Assembly (NCBI GenBank): GCA_963770295.1
Contig: CAVYPA010000002.1
Span: 53,672 to 117,671 of the forward strand
DNA from: an uncultured Alphaproteobacteria bacterium
GTDB lineage: Bacteria > Pseudomonadota > Alphaproteobacteria > Rhizobiales > Hyphomicrobiaceae
Direction: 5' to 3'
DNA length: 64,000 nt
The position numbers and the translations under genes are program-made. The stretch's first letter is position 1. Every line of letters begins with the position of its first letter. The notes beneath the pieces are model-generated. The model did not search any database. It was not told the origin of the DNA and was given only the letters and a program-made list of their open reading frames with translations. This document shows positions 30,057-38,915 of the stretch, one piece after another.

Positions 30057-31451
30057 TCAAGGATAGCAGAAGGAGTCCGACGAGCAGTCGCCGCCTTCCA
30101 GTCGCACCTGGTGTGGACGATGCGGCGACGGCCACTTTACGAAGAACCTCTCGTCGAAGGCGATGCCTCCGCCAGGCTTGGTGTCGAGCTTTACCATCCA
30201 TCCCTCGATCCCGTCGGGATAGAACTGGGCGTCGATGGCGCTATAAAGCGAGTTTGTAAAGTACACCCGCTTGCCATCGCGGCTGATCTCGACCATCTGC
30301 GGCCCGCCGCTCAGCGGACAATTCTTGGCGTTTGGGTGTGCGGCCCTCGACACGATGCCGCCGATCCGGACCTTGCTGATTAGCTTGGGATTGAACGGCT
30401 CCGACACATCGTATTGCTGCAGATCGCCCGTGCCCCAGCAGGCCACGTAGAGGAACTTGTCGTCCATGGATAGATCGATATCGGTAACGAGCGGCGGCAC
30501 CGCCTTGAAACCCTTGAGCAAGGGCGGGAGCTGGTCCTCAGTGGCCGGCTCGGCCGAGATCTCAATCACTTTCTTCACCGCCCACTTGTCGCCCTCCTTG
30601 TACCAGGTCCAGATCGACGAGGAGAGATTCTCCAGGCTCACCACACAGCTAACGAAGCCATAGGCCTTGGTGGGGTCGTGAGCAGGGCGGAGCTCAAATA
30701 CCAGCTGATACTCATCGCCCAAATCGATAGTCTGCAGGTGCTTCCTCTTGTGCAGGTCCCAGAAGTGAAGGCGGTGACCGTATTTGGCGCCTAGCAAAGC
30801 CTCGGGGATTAACCCATTCTCGAACATGTCGGGCGTGCCCCATTCGCTGGTCACCATGGTGTCATGGCCGAGATGCCACCAGACATCGTAGGCGAAGTGC
30901 TGCGGACCACGGTCCATCTCCCACTGGCCGCGCACGTCGAAGGTCTCGTGGTCCATGAGGAAGACGCCGCCAGGCCCTTTGCCTTCGCGGTTGCCGAGCG
31001 CGGCGACATAAATGCCTTCGGGACCGCAGTGTATGGTGTGAGGCCGGGTGTAGCCGGCCCGCTCTGCCACAGTCTCGGGCTCGATCACCTTCACGATCTT
31101 AGGGTACTTGGGATCGGGTTTGGTATCGAGGATATGGATGCGCGACGATCTCAGCCCGGGTACCACGAGGTAGCGGCGCTCAGCATGGGGGTGGGGCGCG
31201 TTCGGACAGAGACACGAAGAGCAGGCGTTCCAGCCAAAGTGGTGCAGCTCGTCGCCTGCATTGGGCATCGGGGTCGAGTTCACGATCTGGGAGTAATGCT
31301 TCGACTTTGGATCGACATCAACGACCGCGATTGCATCCGGCGTCTTCCGGGCAGGATCGAACACAGCGACGTAGGCAAGCGTCTCGGCTGCCGCCTTCAT
31401 GGCCGTGCGGGGGGATGGGTAGAAGCTTGGATCGGGCGTCCAGGTTGTCAT
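30057..31451 (-). CDS. Selenium-binding protein 56 family (methanethiol-oxidase-like), no signal peptide
   Basis: 464 aa. 'DPSFYPSPRTAMKAAAETLAYVAVFDP', 'ELHHFGWNACSSCLCP' (the CSSC motif) and 'RRYLVVPGLRSSRIHILDTKPDP' are hallmark SBP56 segments. Confidence 0.9.
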   Translation of the reverse strand: MTTWTPDPSFYPSPRTAMKAAAETLAYVAVFDPARKTPDAIAVVDVDPKSKHYSQIVNSTPMPNAGDELHHFGWNACSSCLCPNAPHPHAERRYLVVPGLRSSRIHILDTKPDPKYPKIVKVIEPETVAERAGYTRPHTIHCGPEGIYVAALGNREGKGPGGVFLMDHETFDVRGQWEMDRGPQHFAYDVWWHLGHDTMVTSEWGTPDMFENGLIPEALLGAKYGHRLHFWDLHKRKHLQTIDLGDEYQLVFELRPAHDPTKAYGFVSCVVSLENLSSSIWTWYKEGDKWAVKKVIEISAEPATEDQLPPLLKGFKAVPPLVTDIDLSMDDKFLYVACWGTGDLQQYDVSEPFNPKLISKVRIGGIVSRAAHPNAKNCPLSGGPQMVEISRDGKRVYFTNSLYSAIDAQFYPDGIEGWMVKLDTKPGGGIAFDERFFVKWPSPHRPHQVRLEGGDCSSDSFCYP

Positions 31452-31592
31452 GATGCGTTTCTCCTCTCCCTAGGCTGCTATCGGTAGGACCCGCGTCGCC
31501 ATGGACGGGCGCCGCCTCATTGTCTGGATCGACCGTTTCGGTCCGCCTTTGCTCTCATAATTCTTGCGGCCAATGCGGCAAAGAGCGATAGA

Positions 31593-31620
31593 GTGGAAGT
31601 CACCATTCCACTTAGTGGAA
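31593..31620. promoter_or_regulatory. Candidate LysR operator in the divergent intergenic region
   Basis: Perfect dyad GTGGAA-N7-TTCCAC (31593-31611) plus a third GTGGAA half-site (31615-20). It lies 10-40 nt upstream of the LysR start and 140 nt from the SBP56 start. Confidence 0.35.
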
Positions 31621-31630
31621 CAGTTGCTCC

Positions 31631-32540
31631 ATGGTGGACCGTCTCGACGAATTGCTTGTGCTAACGACCATTCTTGAGGCCGGCAGCCTCGCTGGGGCCG
31701 CTCGTCAGTTGCGTCGTTCACCTCCGGCAATGACGCGGTCGCTGGCAGCCCTTGAGGCGCGTGTCGGCGCTCGTCTCCTTCAGCGAACAACTCGCCGATT
31801 GGCGCCGACCGCGGCGGGCCGGCGTCTCGCTGCATCCGCCCGACAGCTTCTGGCCGACTACGAACAAGCGACTCGCAGAGGTAGAGAGGGGCAAGATGCG
31901 CCGTTAGATGGTGTCCTGCGAGTGACTGCACCATCCCTGTTCGGTCGCTGGCATATTGCTCCGCTCATAGCAAGTTTTCTCGATGCGCATCCGGGCGTTC
32001 GAGCTGAACTCGTGCTGACAAATCGCAATCTTGACTTGGTCGAAGAGGGTCTCGACGTCGCAGTTCGGATGGGTCCGCTCATGGAATCGGGGTTCATTCG
32101 GCGCCGCCTAGGTCAAGTGCGCTGGGTACTGTTTGCAAGTCCCGGCTATATCGCTCGGCGCGGCCGTCCGCGCACACCGAGGGATCTAATCAAGCACGAT
32201 ATCGTCTACGAATCGCATCGCCCTTCTCCATTGGAGTGGCGCTTTCAAAATTCCGGACGTGGCAAAGCTGTGCGAACTCAGTCCGAGGTTCATGGCCACC
32301 GAAATAGAAGCAGTGCTTGTTGCCGTGAAAGCTGGGCGGGGGATTGGCCGGACGCTTTCCTATCAGGTGTCGGATGATTTTGCGTCGGGGGCCCTAGTAC
32401 GGCTACTCGAGGAATTCGAGCCGCCAGCGTGGCCCGTTTATCTCGTCGTTCCGACCACCCGATATATGCCCAGAACAGTTCGCGCCTTTGTTGACCTCGC
32501 GGCACCGGCGCTGAGCCGCCTGCGCGCAATTCACTCGTAA
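31631..32540 (+). pseudogene. LysR-family transcriptional regulator with one frameshift, divergent from the SBP56 operon
   Basis: HTH 'LLVLTTILEAGSLAGAARQLRRSPPAMTRSLAALEARVGARLLQRTTRRLAPTAAG'. The substrate domain continues in ORF 32259-32540 ('ELSPRFMATEIEAVLVAVKAGRGIG...'). The frames join if one base is added near 32274. Confidence 0.8.
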
Positions 32541-33159
32541 TTGGGCGACTGTACACTTCCGCAACGGTCAAGGGCGGGCATCGCGTGCACCCGCTCAGCA
32601 TGTCTGCTATACCCCAGGATGGCCGTCGAAGTTGCGTTGCCGAAACTTTCTGCAAGGTGCCAAAAGGAGGCACCATCACTCTGGCGGAGGATGACGAAAA
32701 ATCCAGCTCTCGGAGCCAAAAAGCATCGCCGTCCTTTCGTAACTAGCACTCAAGCGTTCAGTGACCGCACGCGAAGCTAAATTCTTGAGATCGATGAAAC
32801 TGAGGCGGGACTTGAACCCAATGTTGGAATAGCCGTACTCGCGCGCACGCAGGGACGAACTCTTTGCCGTGGGCGGCCTTGAGCAGCCCTCAACCAACTT
32901 CGGGCTCCGGCCAGCCTTCTGGGAACCACAGTCCGGCGCACCCGACAAATTGCCCTGCGCGTTTACTTCAAGCGCCCAAAGCCGAAGCCCCGAAGAGACC
33001 AGTGCCCCGACCAAGGTCGTCATGCCTTGTGAGGCACCGTCCAGCTCATCGCTTGCGGTAACTATTACTCCCGGCTGCGCCTCGCGATCAGGATCGGCAC
33101 CCATACGCCACGCCTCATCGGACAGCGCTGGGAACACACCGCCGCCAAGGCGCGAGGCT

Positions 33160-34065
33160 TTACGGCGGGGTTGGGCGAGAGGTTGCGCGCGCGTTGAACT
33201 CAGCCGCGAGGGAGGGTGACGGGAGCGAGACTTTTGTCGCAAGGCCGAGCCACATGAGCAAACGAATAGCCTGCCATGCGAGGTCGAATTCCCACCAATG
33301 GTGACCGTGTCGCGCCGACGTGGGATCGGCGTGATGGTTGTTGTGCCACCCTTCACCGGCGGTGATGAACCCGATGAGCGGGTTGTTGCGGCTATCGTCG
33401 GGTGTCGCGTAATTGCGATAGCCCCAAATATGGGTCACCGAATTGACGGACCAAGTGGTGTGCCAGACGACCACCGTTCGCAGCGCGCCCCCCCAGATCA
33501 CAAGACTGGAGCCAAATAGCAGCGCTTCTCCTGAGCTTCCGCCTGCCGCCACAACCCAACTATAGCCGGCCGCGAAATACACCAGCCACATCAGAAACGA
33601 GATCTTGATCCAGTTCTTTCTGCGCTCGAGCATGGCGTAGAGGGGATCGCGCATGACATCTTTCGCGTAGCGTTCGATCAGCGGGCGCGACCGCATATCG
33701 CCTGAGCGCATTAGCAGCCACCCGAAGTGCGCCCAGAAAAAGCCTCGGAGCGGTGAGTGCGGATCGTGTTGGTCATCCGCATGGTGGTGGTGCCGGCGAT
33801 GCACGGCCACCCACAAGGCCGGCGAGAACTGCAAGGAGAACGTGCCGAGGATAGCGAGCGTGTGCTCTAACCAGAGCGGGACCGTGAAGCCGCGATGCGT
33901 TATGAGACGATGGAAGCCAAGATTGATCCCCAGAATGCCAAACGCGAGCATTCCTAAGACCAAGAGGACGACACCTGTCCAGCTAAAGAACGAGGGAAAA
34001 AACGCCAGTACCGCGAGCGAATGGCATAAAATAAATCCAATCAGGGCATCAGCTTTGAATTTCAT
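33160..34065 (-). CDS. Membrane acyl-CoA/acyl-lipid desaturase (delta-9 type)
   Basis: Three His boxes: 'HRLITHR', 'HRRHHHHAD' and 'WHNNHHADPTSARHGHHWWEFD'. Start taken at the internal ATG 34065 ('MKFKADALIGF...'). Confidence 0.85.
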   Translation of the reverse strand: MKFKADALIGFILCHSLAVLAFFPSFFSWTGVVLLVLGMLAFGILGINLGFHRLITHRGFTVPLWLEHTLAILGTFSLQFSPALWVAVHRRHHHHADDQHDPHSPLRGFFWAHFGWLLMRSGDMRSRPLIERYAKDVMRDPLYAMLERRKNWIKISFLMWLVYFAAGYSWVVAAGGSSGEALLFGSSLVIWGGALRTVVVWHTTWSVNSVTHIWGYRNYATPDDSRNNPLIGFITAGEGWHNNHHADPTSARHGHHWWEFDLAWQAIRLLMWLGLATKVSLPSPSLAAEFNARATSRPTPP

Positions 34066-34235
34066 CACGCACTCCCAGCAGCTGCTGTGCGCGGTGACCC
34101 AACGCACCCGCAACGTCCGCGGCCGCGCCCGTGAGGGCCCGACATCGCCATTCCAACTTGCGTTTGGCCATTGGCCCCCCTAGCTGACCTCGGACGTTAT
34201 TGGTGACTCAATCGTCCAGAGGCGATAGCACAACG

Positions 34236-34541
34236 CTAGAACTGTAAACCAGACATTGTTCTATGCGTTAGCCAGTTAGGCGCCTGCCCTTGCTTGGGAG
34301 AGGTAGCCTGCAGAGCATGTGCCATGAGTTTGCTTGTGCCCGTTTTCATACGCGATAGATCGCGCTCGCCGCCGTCCGCAAGACTGAGAATGATCGTGGC
34401 CAGCCGATTGCGCCGGTCTTCTATCATTGCTTCGGCCTGATAGTTCGCAGCGATTCCCCGCCACACCTCATCGAATGCCTGACTGAGCATCTTCAATGTA
34501 TCTGGGTCGTAGGATGCGGTATCGAAGAGAGATCGAGCCAT
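34236..34541 (-). CDS. Hypothetical small protein
   Basis: 101-aa ORF with plausible composition ('LFDTASYDPDTLKMLSQAFDEVWRGIA'). No domain recognised. Confidence 0.45.
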   Translation of the reverse strand: MARSLFDTASYDPDTLKMLSQAFDEVWRGIAANYQAEAMIEDRRNRLATIILSLADGGERDLSRMKTGTSKLMAHALQATSPKQGQAPNWLTHRTMSGLQF

Positions 34542-34945
34542 GGCGCTAGAGCAGGCGGGAGCGGATCGTGGGTTCTCTCAGCCGGTGGCGCCTGACAGTT
34601 ACAAGCCGCCGATCGGCGAGCATAGCAGACATACGGGTAACTTGACGAAAAAAACGCTCTGGCGAGTCATAAAATGGTGGGGCACCCAGCCCCGCGGCTG
34701 AGGTGCCCCTCCAGGGTGCCCGGGATGCCAAAGCGCAACCCGCAGCGCGTTGGCGTCATCGAGCAATGCTCACCAGTTAAACTCACGTGGGTTCGGTTCT
34801 ATTCCCGACCGTGCGCAGGATCGAGGGGCGGACCGCTGGCAGATCGCGAGGTGTTCGATGCGGCCAGCACAGGAGTCACAAAGATCAATACCGCCTATCC
34901 GAGCGAAGTGGTCGAGCGCGCTCAGGCTGTCGATGTTTGCTGTTA

Positions 34946-35317
34946 TCACTGAGGTGACCTCGTCATCATAACGCGGATACGCGACGGACCGCCCAACCGT
35001 TTGAAGCCAAACCGTTGGTAGTAGGCAACGAGCTCTTCAATGCCGTGCGCGCCGCGACGGCTCGCCGCTTTCAATGTGATTTGGCGCGAATGCCGATCGG
35101 CCGCGTGAATGAGTTCGCGCATGACAGCGGTGCCCGAACCTTTCCTTCGTTCGGTCGCCTCTATCCATTGTAAGTACCACCGAGAGATACCGTTGCTGTC
35201 AAGGACGCCATGAATTTCCAGATTGACACGCAATCGTTGCGCGAGCTCAACGCAGCCGCGCAGCTCAGCAACCCCCACTTCCGGTGGTGATCCGTCGTAG
35301 GTCTTGCACACTTGCAT
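34946..35317 (-). CDS. GNAT-family N-acetyltransferase (short)
   Basis: 'RRKGSGTAVMRELIHAADRHSRQITLKA...AYYQRFGFKRLG' is an acetyl-CoA-binding motif A-like segment. The start is uncertain. Confidence 0.6.
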   Translation of the reverse strand: MQVCKTYDGSPPEVGVAELRGCVELAQRLRVNLEIHGVLDSNGISRWYLQWIEATERRKGSGTAVMRELIHAADRHSRQITLKAASRRGAHGIEELVAYYQRFGFKRLGGPSRIRVMMTRSPQ

Positions 35318-35561
35318 CGCTACAGCCTCGCATTGCTTGCGCGCCGCCGCGCCCGCACACTTGAGTGTGCGCGTCAGTATTGTAATTGGGATATGGCCTC
35401 CTCCCGATGTGCGATCGCAGAGCAACCGACGAGAATGCCAGCGAGGCTTTGCCGGACTGCACGTGGAGCGGCCTGCCCGCCTGGCGAACCGACGGTGCGG
35501 TCTCGTTCACAGTCAGAGCCATGACCGAGGAAACGCATTCTGGCGTCAGCTAACGTGGATG

Positions 35562-35966
35562 TCATTGGTCCGCAGTATCCGGAGCATTGTGGTCAACAAG
35601 GCTGAGGACATCCCCGTTGTCCGGCTCCTGCTCGAGAACGACACAGTCTTCTGCAACTGCGGTCGCAGTCTCCTCGGCCTCGTTCCCCATGGCCAGCGAG
35701 TCCGAAGGATCGACGGGCGTGACATCAGCGACCGGAAGCACTGGCTGAGTTCGCTTGAACGGCTGGCTGCGCCATCCCGTCTTGCTGGAGAAGGGTACAG
35801 AAGGTTCCCTTGCTTGGACAACGGGCTCAGCCGGCGGTGCGTAGTGCGCTCCGCACATCGGACACACGATCGGACTGCGAGCGAGGTCATAGAATCGGGC
35901 TTCGCACGCTTGGCAGGTGCGCTTCGTGCCGCGCATGGCCTTGCGGCGCGCGGACATGGTGCTCAT
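35562..35966 (-). CDS. TIGR02300-family (FYDLN_acid) zinc-ribbon protein
   Basis: 'GTKRTCQACEARFYDLARSPIVCPMCGAHY' followed by an acidic tail. Confidence 0.75.
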   Translation of the reverse strand: MSTMSARRKAMRGTKRTCQACEARFYDLARSPIVCPMCGAHYAPPAEPVVQAREPSVPFSSKTGWRSQPFKRTQPVLPVADVTPVDPSDSLAMGNEAEETATAVAEDCVVLEQEPDNGDVLSLVDHNAPDTADQ

Positions 35967-36002
35967 TGGTAAACCTCATAACATCTGGGCTAAGACGCCA
36001 AC

Positions 36003-36030
36003 AGCGCCGCCGGACAAATCCAGCGGCGCT
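36003..36030 (-). terminator. Candidate stem-loop after cspA
   Basis: AGCGCCGC-N12-GCGGCGCT lies 30 nt downstream of the csp stop. There is no clear U-tract. Confidence 0.3.
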
Positions 36031-36059
36031 CTCTACAAACCCTCTCCTGGGCCCGCAGC

Positions 36060-36272
36060 TTAGGCTTTCTGGATCTGTCCGGCTTGCTTGCCGCGACCCT
36101 TACGGTCGTCTTCAAGCACGAAGGAAACCTTGTCGCCCTCGTTGATGGAGAAGATACCAGCCGCCTCGAGCGCAGTGGCATGGACGAAGACGTCCTTCTC
36201 GCCGCTCTCCGGCTGGATGAAGCCAAAGCCCTTGGCCGTGTTAAAGAACTTTACTGTACCCGTGGTTCGCAT
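36060..36272 (-). CDS. cspA: Cold-shock protein (single CSD)
   Basis: 70 aa. 'GTVKFFNTAKGFGFIQPESGEKDVFVHATAL' contains the RNP1/RNP2 motifs. Confidence 0.95.
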   Translation of the reverse strand: MRTTGTVKFFNTAKGFGFIQPESGEKDVFVHATALEAAGIFSINEGDKVSFVLEDDRKGRGKQAGQIQKA

Positions 36273-36802
36273 CTGGGTGTCCTTTCCCGGTAAGGCGTGA
36301 TGATGCCGGTCTGAAAGGCCGCACGCTCGGCCCGGCAACTCAGATGTGGGGAAAGGCAAATGCCCGAAGGCACTCATGCGTAACCGCAGATCGAGCGGCG
36401 CGCTCCAATGGAGTGTACCGGCCATGGTAACATGGGGTGTCCTGAGCCGTTCCGCAAGAAGCAGGTTTTCTGGGAGCCCCTTTTGCAGGTCTCATTGAAA
36501 CTGCGCAAGTGCATAAAGTCCGGTTGGCATTGTTGCTCGATGGGCCTAACAGCAGAGCGGCTCGCGAGCCCCGCTTAGCCGCAGGAGCGTAATTGTCCGC
36601 CTGAGTTGACTGTTGGAGGCCTTCGCGCTGGCCGCTCGCCTGTAGTGGGAATAGAGTGGTTTTCTAGGTTGCCCACGTCCCCCTAGCGGCGCTGTGCGTT
36701 GGCGTGTCTGTAGCCGGGGGCGCATGACCGGTCCTTGCGCCACTGTTTCGGTTGCCGGGATTGCAGTGGTTCATGGGAAACAATTTACGACGGGATTTCG
36801 AA

Positions 36803-37009
36803 ATGGACGAGATAACCATAGACCGTGACGCAATGGGGCGACTGGCAAAGGCGTTGGCTTTTATCTGCGGCACCGATCATCCTACGACCGTTGCCCTGAA
36901 AACCGCGGCCGAAAGCGGTGCCGAACGCGACATCAAGAATGCGCGGGCGTTATTCCTCAGACTGAAGCAAAGCGACCGGCGGGCAGCGTTGGCGATGCTG
37001 GACGGCTAG
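36803..37009 (+). CDS. Hypothetical small protein
   Basis: 68 aa from ATG 36803 ('MDEITIDRDAMGRLAKALAFICG...'). No domain recognised. Confidence 0.4.
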   Translation: MDEITIDRDAMGRLAKALAFICGTDHPTTVALKTAAESGAERDIKNARALFLRLKQSDRRAALAMLDG

Positions 37010-37022
37010 GCTTTGTCCACGC

Positions 37023-37403
37023 TCAGTGCCGCCATTTTCTGCGTGGGGACGCCGCGCCAGTTTTGGCGCGTTTGTCGAGTTCGGTCGCAAGTGCGATAAA
37101 TCGCTGAATAAGCGGGCGGATTTCCGAGATGGATGCGCGCAGGCGCACGACCTCGACGCGCTCAGGGTCGGTGGTCGCGTCCTTCTGCCAGCGCGTGAGC
37201 TGCTGTGAATGAACCGCCAGCAGTTCGAGGGTATCCTTTGCTTGCTGAAGAGGGACCTCAGCAATTGATGGGGGGAGCGTTGCGGCTCGATCGGCAAGGA
37301 GTTTTTTCATGCGCGCGATGTCGGCCTTGAGGATGCGTTCTGCACCATCGATGCGCTTGCGCATCTCTGGCAGCGCCGAGATAGGCAGGAACGATGCGGG
37401 CAT
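37023..37403 (-). CDS. Hypothetical protein (helical)
   Basis: 126-aa ORF with coiled, charged composition. No domain recognised. Confidence 0.4.
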   Translation of the reverse strand: MPASFLPISALPEMRKRIDGAERILKADIARMKKLLADRAATLPPSIAEVPLQQAKDTLELLAVHSQQLTRWQKDATTDPERVEVVRLRASISEIRPLIQRFIALATELDKRAKTGAASPRRKWRH

Positions 37404-37431
37404 GGATCCGCTCGCCGCTAATGAGATCTCG

Positions 37432-38064
37432 TTAGATCAAGGTAACGGCTGTAGCCTCGCGGCCCTTTTGGGTCTTCACCACCTTCATCGCAAGCCGCTG
37501 CCCCTCGTCCAAACCGCGCAGTCCGGCACGTTCGACTGTGGAGATGTGCACGAACACATCCTTTCCTCCATCCTCGCATACCACGAAGCCGAACCCTTTT
37601 TCGGGATTGAACCACTTCACCGTCCCTTCGATCTCGACAGCGGTCGCCGGATCGGGGCGCCCGCGGCGGTCGGATGGGTGTGGTGAGGGTCGCGCGGGCT
37701 GCCGAGGCGCCCCACCGGGACTTGTATCGACCGAGAGCACCGCCGTGACCTGGCGTCCCTTCTGCCCCTGGCCGACCTGCACGCTCAGTTTGGTTTCCGG
37801 ATCAACTCCTTCGCGTCCGGCCGCTTGCAGCACGGCAACATGGAGAAACGCGTCGCCGGAGCCGTCGGCCAACTCAACGAAGCCGAAGCCCTTGTCAGGA
37901 GCAAACCACTTGACGACGGCATCAATGGCTGGGCCGCTGGGGGTGGGACTTTCTCGCGGTGCCCGTTGGAATGACCGCTGCGGCCGCTCCTCGCGCGCTG
38001 TTGGCGCGTAAAAGTCATCGTCAAAGTCGCGGCGTCTTGGCGCCCGGTCTCGACCCTTTCCCAT
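37432..38064 (-). CDS. Cold-shock-domain protein with two CSDs
   Basis: From ATG 38064. A basic N-terminus is followed by 'VVKWFAPDKGFGFVELADGSGDAFLHV' and 'GTVKWFNPEKGFGFVVCEDGGKDVFVHIS'. Confidence 0.9.
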   Translation of the reverse strand: MGKGRDRAPRRRDFDDDFYAPTAREERPQRSFQRAPRESPTPSGPAIDAVVKWFAPDKGFGFVELADGSGDAFLHVAVLQAAGREGVDPETKLSVQVGQGQKGRQVTAVLSVDTSPGGAPRQPARPSPHPSDRRGRPDPATAVEIEGTVKWFNPEKGFGFVVCEDGGKDVFVHISTVERAGLRGLDEGQRLAMKVVKTQKGREATAVTLI

Positions 38065-38657
38065 GCAATAACCTGTTTGCTTGCCTGATCGTCGCCAAAG
38101 CGGTCTATCACTCACATTTATGCTTGGAAAGCTCTGACCGCAAGGCCCACTTGTACTGGGCGCAGCGCTGCGAGCGTTTTGGTACAGCTGATCGACGATT
38201 GGGAGCCCCCATTCCACCCGCTGGATCGATGCCGGCGGTCATGAACCCCCTGCCGGGGACACAACCCATTGGTGGGTTCCGTGTCCTGTTCGAGCGAATC
38301 ACTTGGCTTGCCGACCCGATCGATCCATGGCCACCGAATTCCAACATGGCATCGACGGCGAAACAGGTAAAAGAGCGCAGCTCCGACCCTAATGGCCTTC
38401 CGCTTCAAGAGTTCGCGGCCGCCAGATGTTGCGCGAGCGGCAGACCCTAGATGTTGTCACTGCATGGTTCCAGATCGATTTTGACCGAGAGGGCAACCAT
38501 AGGTCTGACGCTAAGCCCGACACTTTCGACGCGCGTCGAGGAAGGCGCGGATCGTGATGGAGAGCCTCGAGACGGAGAGCCTTGAGGGCCTGCGTCGTCA
38601 TCTCCGAGGTGGCACGTCGCCCATGGGATTCGTCGGCAGCAGCTGTGCGCAGCGCCG

Positions 38658-38830
38658 CTAGTCGTGCACGACCGCCCCTGTGAACACTACATTTTCCTGC
38701 AGTGCGGCAGGAAATGGACCGACGACGTCGAGACCTGGAGCGGTAAGAACCTTGAAGAGGAATATGCCCAATTCGGCTTCACCCTTGGCCACCACCGTCA
38801 AAGCCGAGCGCGCCGAAAACTTAGGTTTGC
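38658..38830 (-). pseudogene. C-terminal fragment of a periplasmic solute-binding protein (molybdate/family-1-like)
   Basis: 'VVAKGEAELGIFLFKVLTAPGLDVVGPFPAALQENVVFTGAVV'. The N-terminal three quarters are missing. It lies next to the IS630 left end. Confidence 0.5.
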
Positions 38831-38915
38831 GGGGGCATTCGCCTCTTGACCGGTCCGCCCTCGCGAGGCAGGGCCCCAGCAACGGATCAGTACGGCCAGG
38901 TGATGGCGGTTAATT

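Noticed and set aside
32676-33356. 226-aa minus-strand ORF between the LysR gene and the desaturase (possible 142-aa version from 33104).
   Set aside because: It overlaps the 3' end of the desaturase gene. It has low-complexity Ser/Gly/Arg-rich sequence and no motif I can recognise. It might hide a gene remnant, but I cannot support one.
36440-36750. The 300-nt GC-rich intergenic stretch upstream of cspA as a possible structured ncRNA (tmRNA, 6S or similar).
   Set aside because: I could not find diagnostic motifs, such as a tmRNA tag reading frame, a 6S bubble or a conserved loop. It is probably promoter and 5' UTR sequence. It needs an Rfam scan.
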